Positions 34,461 through 40,176 of a DNA stretch of 40,176 nucleotides are shown one piece after another. Numbering within the stretch: the first letter of the stretch is position 1; each line of letters opens with the position of its first letter. Position numbers and translations under genes: made by a program. Source of the DNA: a virus (taxonomy: Duplodnaviria > Caudoviricetes); the IMG/VR virus record IMGVR_UViG_3300023104_000012, positions 1-40,176 of that record. One strand, given 5' to 3'. The notes under the pieces were generated by a model. That model saw only the letters and a list, made by a program, of their open reading frames with translations, was not told the DNA's origin and searched no databases.

Positions 34461-34847
34461 ATGTTTGAATTCTTCCAAGACCAAATCATCGGTCAGGTTC
34501 TCGCTGTTCTGATCCCCATCATCGTTACCGCGTTGCTCGGCTGGGCTGCAATTCTCTATGCCCGAATTACAGGTAAGGAGATGGAGGCCAAGCACCGTGA
34601 GGCGCTTCAGATGGCTCTCACTAACGGCTTGAATTGGGCAATCCAGCAGGTTCTCAACGGCAAGCTCAACAAGGACGGTACGGTTCCTGATAGTGCCAAG
34701 GTGTCTGTTATCGCCGCCGCGCAACAGTATGTCACCGCATCCGTTCCCGATGCAGTGCGTAAGTTCGAAATCAGCCAGCCAACTATGGAAAAACTCATCA
34801 CAGCCAAGCTACCATCCTCCACGCCTAAGTCTCTGACTGAGAGCTAA
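34461..34847 (+). CDS. holin-like protein
   Basis: N-terminal TM, REALQ.AL.NG, PDAV..F; follows endolysin. Confidence 0.55.
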   Translation: MFEFFQDQIIGQVLAVLIPIIVTALLGWAAILYARITGKEMEAKHREALQMALTNGLNWAIQQVLNGKLNKDGTVPDSAKVSVIAAAQQYVTASVPDAVRKFEISQPTMEKLITAKLPSSTPKSLTES

Positions 34848-34855
34848 ATAGGTCA

Positions 34856-35116
34856 ATGGACGCAGACGCTATCCAAACGCTTCTGAGCGGGGGGCCATAT
34901 GGTATCTCCGCTCTTATTGTATGGGCTTGGCTTAACGAGCGTAAAGAGCGCCGGGAAGAGCGCAAGGAATACGATGCGGAAATCAAAGCCAAGGACGACG
35001 CGCACATTGCGACCCTGAACAGTTGGCGGGCTGATACTCAAGTGCAGAATGATAAAGTTTCAGCGCTGGTAGAGAAAGTCATCGTTGCCATCGAATCCGG
35101 CAAGAGGGGCCAATAG
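34856..35116 (+). CDS. membrane-anchored coiled-coil protein (lysis region)
   Basis: Short TM plus charged coil. Confidence 0.6.
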   Translation: MDADAIQTLLSGGPYGISALIVWAWLNERKERREERKEYDAEIKAKDDAHIATLNSWRADTQVQNDKVSALVEKVIVAIESGKRGQ

Positions 35117-35118
35117 CC

Positions 35119-35325
35119 ATGTGGCCTTTTCACAGAGAACCTAAGAAGCCCTCTCGTAATCCTGAAATTGAACGCTTGCAAACGGCTGTTTCAAGCAAAC
35201 GAAATGAGCTATACAAGAACCTACTAAAGCTCGATGACGCAACGAAATCTATCGAGGCTGAGGGGGTACGAGGAATGCTCGGTGAGATGTTTCAGCGCCT
35301 AGAAGAGGGCAAACGCCGTGACTGA
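35119..35325 (+). CDS. hypothetical protein
   Basis: MWPF start, 68 aa. Confidence 0.6.
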   Translation: MWPFHREPKKPSRNPEIERLQTAVSSKRNELYKNLLKLDDATKSIEAEGVRGMLGEMFQRLEEGKRRD

Positions 35326-35832
35326 CAAGACACCTCATCGGAATGTTGCCGTCGCGCTTGTTCTTATCGCAACGTATGCCGTCCCCGCGTTCTTCATCGA
35401 TCCCCAGACTATGCTGGATATTATCTCCGTGCCCATGCTGGTATTCGGGGGCTGGGCCTTTACATCCTCTTCATGGAGACATGGAAGGCTTTCTCGTCTG
35501 GAGAGCAAGGCCGCGCTGCTTTGGGGCTGTTTGGCATCTTCTTGCTTCTCGTAAGCGTCGTGGTCATGCGCCCTTACGGGATTGCAACCAGAAATATTGT
35601 GGGCGCTAAGGACTGGCTGGATTCAACGCATATCCTGCCCATTGCGCTCTATCTCCAAGCGTTGGGTCTGATGTTCTTCACGCGAGCATCAGCCGCGCCC
35701 TATGTTCCTTCCAAGGGGCGCGGCGTCGGGCAGTTGATCGCGGGTGTGGTTATTGGCATTCTGGTAGCAAGCTCAAAAGCGCTCGAACCTGTCTTGGTGT
35801 TCATCAGCAAGCTCTTTAGCCGCATTCTTTGA
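35318..35832 (+). pseudogene. multi-TM membrane protein split by a 1-nt frameshift
   Basis: One extra G in the G5 run 35447-35451 joins both ORFs: LVFGGLGLYILFMETWK. Confidence 0.6.
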
Positions 35833-35877
35833 GGAGCTTGAGGTTGACCCATTCCGCAAAAGGGAAAGAGGCCTATT

Positions 35878-36714
35878 ATGGTTGATCCAAAATCCATACT
35901 GCTGGCATTGGCTCGCCAACAAGCTCAAGACCTTAACCAATCCCCATTCTCCAGAGCCGTCAACTCCGATCTCAACCGAAACGCTAGTGCTGTGGCGAGC
36001 GCGCTTATGGCTCCTGGCAATGCGCTTCGTGGCGAATACAGCCAGACTGAAATTGAACCTAGTGGCTATGTTCGGCCATTCAGTGGCGGCCTTATGGATG
36101 CCGCCTCAAACATGGCTGGCGTTGTTTCTCTCGGGTCCGTTCCTATGGCTCGGCCTGTTGGCTCTCTAGGCATGGGCGGCGCTCCCCGGCCTCCACAGGC
36201 CATCTCTTTAACGCCTCAGCGCGTATCGGCCTTGGAAAAATGGATGGGAAATAGTCAGGTGAGGAATCCTGACGGTTCCCCCATGACTGTGTACCACGGG
36301 ACAGAGGGCAATTTCGACACTTTCCGCGTCCCTCGCGATGGGGCTGGAAACGAGAGAGCAGTTTATTTCTCTCCCGATCCCGCCGTGGCTTCCCAATATG
36401 CTGCGGGGAAGGGCAGCGTTATTCCTGCCTACGTCAAAGCAGAAAACCTCCTCACAATCGACATGAAGGGTGGAGCAACCGACGCTCTTGGTCGAAGCCG
36501 TGAAGCGATTGTGCGACAGGCCCGAGAAGCAGGATATGACGGTGTTCTGCTAAAGAACACGGGTGATGTCGGCGGCAATCAAGATCAGTACGCTGTATTT
36601 AATCCTGCGCAGATCAAATCCGCTATTGGGAATAGCGGTGCTTATAATCCGTCCGACCCGAACATTGTTCGACTCTCCGGAGTTCCGATTGTATCGGGTG
36701 AGAAGGATCGCTAA
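35878..36714 (+). CDS. ADP-ribosyltransferase-like (polyvalent-protein type) domain protein
   Basis: DG.P..VYHGT, YFSPD...AS.YA, GYDGV, QYAVFNPAQIKSAIGNSG.Y. Confidence 0.7.
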   Translation: MVDPKSILLALARQQAQDLNQSPFSRAVNSDLNRNASAVASALMAPGNALRGEYSQTEIEPSGYVRPFSGGLMDAASNMAGVVSLGSVPMARPVGSLGMGGAPRPPQAISLTPQRVSALEKWMGNSQVRNPDGSPMTVYHGTEGNFDTFRVPRDGAGNERAVYFSPDPAVASQYAAGKGSVIPAYVKAENLLTIDMKGGATDALGRSREAIVRQAREAGYDGVLLKNTGDVGGNQDQYAVFNPAQIKSAIGNSGAYNPSDPNIVRLSGVPIVSGEKDR

Positions 36715-36717
36715 GCC

Positions 36718-36798
36718 CTAGAACGCTGCAATCAGCACCAGCGCCACTACCATTATGATCGCCGTGCCCCATATCTTCGCCCAATCGTTCCGGTTCAT
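36718..36798 (-). CDS. 26-aa membrane peptide
   Basis: Manual translation MNRNDWAKIWGTAIIMVVALVLIAAF; AAGGA RBS. Confidence 0.5.
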   Translation of the reverse strand: MNRNDWAKIWGTAIIMVVALVLIAAF

Positions 36799-36855
36799 TG
36801 ATATCCTTGTAATGGTATAAAGCGGCTAGGAGAGCGAGGGTGGTGGATGGGGTCA

Positions 36856-37134
36856 TCAATATGGAATCCCCGTGGCCTCTGCGATTGTCTTCAAGACAAG
36901 ATCGTATTCTTCCTTCATCGAACTGTTGATACCGTTACGCCCTTCATAATCACTCATGATGAGCATGCGGTAGTTCTCTGCCACGTCAACCAGACGCTTA
37001 CGCATGATCTCGTGCGCTTCAATTTCTTCAGCAGCCTCTTGCAGAAACGATAAGGTGCTATGAGGTACGATATAATCAGGATTTCCATCGAGATACAAAA
37101 TCTCGGTCCGCAGAGCTTCACTGATAATGCTCAC
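36856..37134 (-). CDS. hypothetical protein
   Basis: Coupled; LQEAAEEIE. Confidence 0.6.
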   Translation of the reverse strand: MSIISEALRTEILYLDGNPDYIVPHSTLSFLQEAAEEIEAHEIMRKRLVDVAENYRMLIMSDYEGRNGINSSMKEEYDLVLKTIAEATGIPY

Positions 37135-37343
37135 TTCTTTTCCCCTTCAAATGGTGAGGCCCAAGCCCATACTCCAGGTGCGTAAGCTGCTATGGTTAGG
37201 CCGCGAGGATTGGTCAAGAGCAGCACACCATCAACCACCTGAATGGGGTTAAGTTTAGATACCCCTTCAACAACATCATAATTGCCCACTTGAAACTCGA
37301 CATGAATTTTCGTCGTCTCTTCCTCATTAGGAATGTCACTCAT
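37131..37343 (-). CDS. hypothetical protein
   Basis: IAAYAPGVW; coupled. Confidence 0.6.
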   Translation of the reverse strand: MSDIPNEEETTKIHVEFQVGNYDVVEGVSKLNPIQVVDGVLLLTNPRGLTIAAYAPGVWAWASPFEGEKK

Positions 37344-37453
37344 TTCTCTGCCTTTCTCTGAGCCTCGTAGTTCCTACGCGATACATCCACGATTCTGCGC
37401 CGTGGGTTCTGATAGGGTGTGGTGTTGCGGAATGTCCAATAGTTCCAACTCAT
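37340..37453 (-). CDS. small hypothetical protein
   Basis: Manual translation MSWNYWTFRNTTPYQNPRRR..., 37 aa; ATGA overlaps at both ends. Confidence 0.5.
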   Translation of the reverse strand: MSWNYWTFRNTTPYQNPRRRIVDVSRRNYEAQRKAEK

Positions 37454-37674
37454 TTGTTATCCTCCATACATTCCCGCATAATCCAAGCTTTCGCCCTGTC
37501 CAGATCGAAATTGCAAACGATCATATCGGCTTCTGATGCGTGTAAGTGCTGATTGCCTGCCTCATCCACACCGATAACGATCACGCGTTCATACAGGCCC
37601 TTGCAGCCATCCAGGATATCGTCTGGAGCGATTGGGAGCTTAGTAATTCCGTCAAACCGAACAACGTTATCCAT
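37450..37674 (-). CDS. hypothetical phage protein
   Basis: [13 protein letters not shown]...VIVIGVDE.G...LDRAK. Confidence 0.65.
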   Translation of the reverse strand: MDNVVRFDGITKLPIAPDDILDGCKGLYERVIVIGVDEAGNQHLHASEADMIVCNFDLDRAKAWIMRECMEDNK

Positions 37675-37972
37675 GCCCCACCACCAATCTAATACCCTCA
37701 GACAGTTCATCCTTGCCCACATTAAGGGCGGCTAGGGACATTTCAACGATGTTCGTATGCATGCCGATCTGTGCGCCGAGAGATGCCATTTCTTGCGCCT
37801 CTGTAGCGTCTATACGCTGGCGTTCACGAGCATAGTACTCCTGCCGTGTTTTGCGCTGTCCTTCCAGCCGTTGACGTTCTGATACAGCCTGATCGTGACG
37901 GCTGGTGATGAGGTTGCCGAACTCAACGTCTACGGCGATTGCTGGCTCTGTAATTGGCTTGCGAGCGGTCAT
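37667..37972 (-). CDS. hypothetical coiled-coil protein
   Basis: MTARKPI..., AAGGAG RBS. Confidence 0.6.
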   Translation of the reverse strand: MTARKPITEPAIAVDVEFGNLITSRHDQAVSERQRLEGQRKTRQEYYARERQRIDATEAQEMASLGAQIGMHTNIVEMSLAALNVGKDELSEGIRLVVGHG

Positions 37973-38157
37973 TCTGTTGTCTCCTTCTCCGGGATTGCAA
38001 TTTTCTTTCGGCGCGCATCGGCCACGATATCCGCACAAATCGATATGCACTCATCACAGATCATGGCGTCTAAGCCAGCGACGATAGTTCGGACGTAATC
38101 CTGATGCTTCCCGCAAAAGCTGCAATGATGGTATTTCTTCTCTGCCTCCTCGCTCAT
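37969..38157 (-). CDS. stand-alone ClpX C4-type zinc-finger protein
   Basis: CSFCGK.Q..V..IVAG....ICDECI..C.DI. Confidence 0.9.
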   Translation of the reverse strand: MSEEAEKKYHHCSFCGKHQDYVRTIVAGLDAMICDECISICADIVADARRKKIAIPEKETTE

Positions 38158-38309
38158 TCTGCCTGCTCCTTCTTGTTAAAGTATGCTCTGAGGGCGATTA
38201 TGACGATATTAGCCTTGGTTCTGCTAACTCTCTCGGCCTCAAGCTCTAGATCACGCCGTAGATCGCTGGGGAGTCGAATATCCAACCTAGCGTCACTCTT
38301 CGAAATCAT
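38154..38309 (-). CDS. ribbon-helix-helix (CopG/Arc-like) protein
   Basis: Not in ORF track. [44 protein letters not shown]; GGAGG RBS. Confidence 0.75.
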   Translation of the reverse strand: MISKSDARLDIRLPSDLRRDLELEAERVSRTKANIVIIALRAYFNKKEQAE

Positions 38310-38337
38310 TGTTTAGTCCCCTCCGGTTGTCAGCTAA

Positions 38338-38366
38338 TGATTGCCAGACATTGCCGGGCTAGTCAA
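38338..38366 (-). promoter_or_regulatory. promoter with GGCAAT direct repeats
   Basis: TTGACT-17-CAATCA upstream of the RHH gene. Confidence 0.45.
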
Positions 38367-38794
38367 CTTCCAAATTTACGCGATACCTTCGGAAACCCTC
38401 TACCCGCAATCTTGGCCCTATCCTCCTTAGCCTTGCGCGTCTTTATAGGCCGGTCATTGAGTGCGGGTTCAACGTCTATGGGGACTATGAGCAATCCAGC
38501 CTCGAAACGCTGCTCTAGCGTCTCCTGTAGGCCTCTGAGGGCGTAGAACAGCCATTCCTCGGGGTCTATAGGGGTTCCTGTCCTAGCCATTGCCTGTCCA
38601 TCAAAAACGGCGTGGCACGAACTGCAAGCATTGGCTACCGATAGGTCTGAAGCTTTGGTTCCGCCTCCTTTGTGCCGATCCCTAATGTGGGCCGGAACTA
38701 CCGTGTCTGGGTCATTATTGCAGACGCCAGGAATGCGAAGGCTACATTGTTGCCCCCTTGACCCCGCAAGATATTTCTTCGAGCTAAGGCGCAA
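38363..38794 (-). CDS. DUF1364/YbcO-like putative nuclease
   Basis: RGQQCSLRIPGVC...TVVPAH...G.G.K..D...ACSSCH...DG. Confidence 0.8.
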   Translation of the reverse strand: MRLSSKKYLAGSRGQQCSLRIPGVCNNDPDTVVPAHIRDRHKGGGTKASDLSVANACSSCHAVFDGQAMARTGTPIDPEEWLFYALRGLQETLEQRFEAGLLIVPIDVEPALNDRPIKTRKAKEDRAKIAGRGFPKVSRKFGS

Positions 38795-39137
38795 TCTCTA
38801 CCACCTCAACACCAGCCCTACGCGCTTTCCGGCACATATCAGCAGTTCCGCGCCCGCCCGGAAAGGCTAGGACCAAATCTGGCTTTCCTTCTGCCAACAT
38901 ACGGGCGTTACGGGCAGGCCCAGCGAATGAGCCTTGGTTCTCCCAATCGGCCTCATAAGTCTCAGCGCCTCCGCACCCATAAGGATGCTCTGCCCATTCC
39001 CGAGCCAACCTATCAGCGCCCTTTGCACCGCCTTCAATAATCGCGTCTATCCCGGCCTCACTATGCAGCTTGTCCAGAACGGCGAACACGCGGCGGCTAT
39101 CGTTGTAGTCACGCCCTCCGCAGACTAGAACCCTCAT
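38784..39137 (-). CDS. DUF2493 / YspA-like SLOG protein
   Basis: MRVLVCGGRDY...GGAKGAD...AGPARN..ML...AFPGGRGTADM. Confidence 0.85.
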   Translation of the reverse strand: MRVLVCGGRDYNDSRRVFAVLDKLHSEAGIDAIIEGGAKGADRLAREWAEHPYGCGGAETYEADWENQGSFAGPARNARMLAEGKPDLVLAFPGGRGTADMCRKARRAGVEVVEIAP

Positions 39138-39529
39138 TCAATCCATCCTCCGTCTCGTGTATCTTTGAACACGACGCCATGTTCCGCGCCGTAGCTCAAT
39201 ATGCAATCGATAAGATCGGTCATTTGCTTCTTCGTCAGCCGTGAGGTTCGGAAGCCAATCGGAAATGGGCCGGTACCTCCAAGACCCTCTGCGAACATCA
39301 CCTGATGGCCTAGATAGTGCATCATGGCCGCTTTGAATGTTTCAGGCGTCCAGTTCCGGCCCTCAGGCTTCGCTCTCGCCAGATCGCCTAACAAACTCCA
39401 CATCATGGAATTCTGATCGGTGGATCGCTTCGGCTCCTTTACCGTAACGATATAGCCATCCGGCGCATTCCGAACCTCAGCCAAGGCGTTCTCACGTACT
39501 CGTGGGCTTATCAAAGTGAACGAAGTCAT
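39134..39529 (-). CDS. ninB: NinB recombination protein
   Basis: KRSTDQN..MW.LL.D; G.RTS.LTK..M.DLI..I..YGAEHGV. Confidence 0.85.
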   Translation of the reverse strand: MTSFTLISPRVRENALAEVRNAPDGYIVTVKEPKRSTDQNSMMWSLLGDLARAKPEGRNWTPETFKAAMMHYLGHQVMFAEGLGGTGPFPIGFRTSRLTKKQMTDLIDCILSYGAEHGVVFKDTRDGGWIE

Positions 39530-40176
39530 GGCTCTAGGCTGTCAAAGCTTGGAGCCACATATCCGGGGTTGGTTAGCTCAATCTTGCGCTGATCCTTACT
39601 TAGGAGAAGGTCGGCCCGGTCTTTCTTCGGAATAGCCTTGTCATCATTGATTGCATTCCAAGCCTCAACCAACGCCTGCAAATCGACGGCTGACGTTATG
39701 GAGGCGTGGTATTCGACGAAGCTTTTCTTCGGAGACGCTACGGGAGCCGCTGGGGCCGATGAAGGAGCAACCTCGTATGTATGCGCGTCGGCGTCGTTAT
39801 CCCCCTCTGTGGGGATGCAGAACGCCTGCATAGCCGCATATTTGTACGCAGCACTCATAGCCTTGTTTGTCGCCTTATCCGCGCTGTCCATTGCCTCGCC
39901 AAAAGTACGGATGACATGCTTAGACCCATCTTCCGCACTCACTAGATCGAACTCGGCTTCAACGGTCACATAGAACAACGTGCCGCCGCTCTTGGTCTGC
40001 CGTTCAACCACTTCGCGGGCAAGGATGCGAGGAAGGATGCAAAGCTTGTGCTTCGACAGGATCGGAGAGAGGGCGTTGTAAACCTCGTCAATGCCACGGA
40101 AGTTATATCCCTGCTGCTGGTTCTTCCGATCCTTACTGATTCCGCTTGTGCCAATCTCGGCCATAACGGCGGCAAT
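39526..40176 (-). CDS. erf: ERF-family ssDNA-annealing protein (5'-truncated)
   Basis: QGYNFRGIDEVYN...GEAMDSADKATNKAMSAAYKY...F.IP....D.D; frame open to window end. Confidence 0.85.
   Translation of the reverse strand: MAAVMAEIGTSGISKDRKNQQQGYNFRGIDEVYNALSPILSKHKLCILPRILAREVVERQTKSGGTLFYVTVEAEFDLVSAEDGSKHVIRTFGEAMDSADKATNKAMSAAYKYAAMQAFCIPTEGDNDADAHTYEVAPSSAPAAPVASPKKSFVEYHASITSAVDLQALVEAWNAINDDKAIPKKDRADLLLSKDQRKIELTNPGYVAPSFDSLEP

Overview
A near-complete ~40 kb tailed dsDNA phage genome with a P22/Sf6-like podovirus gene order. The host is probably an alphaproteobacterium, judged from GapR-like and RegA/ActR-like proteins. The two window ends cut a Gp157-like gene and an ERF gene on the same strand, so they probably join on a circular map. 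Layout: a leftward recombination/early operon (36.7-40.2 kb continuing into 1-1.8 kb); rightward early and replication genes (1.9-13.4 kb); then terminase, portal, scaffold, capsid, tail, ejection, tail fibre and lysis genes (13.4-36.7 kb). I recognised no integrase, CI repressor, Par system, polymerase or helicase. The most unusual feature is a ~1.65 kb minus-strand island (about 4035-5685) running against the early genes. It holds a ~480 nt ornate pseudoknotted RNA, an overlapping small antisense RNA with its own promoter and terminator (a ColE1 RNA I/RNA II-like layout), an HNH gene, two tRNAs with aberrant D-arms and further structured RNA. Nearby is a replication initiator reduced to its C-terminal domain. 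The genome also has an anti-SD sRNA and several stand-alone domains resembling host regulators. All family calls come from motif recognition by eye, not database searches.
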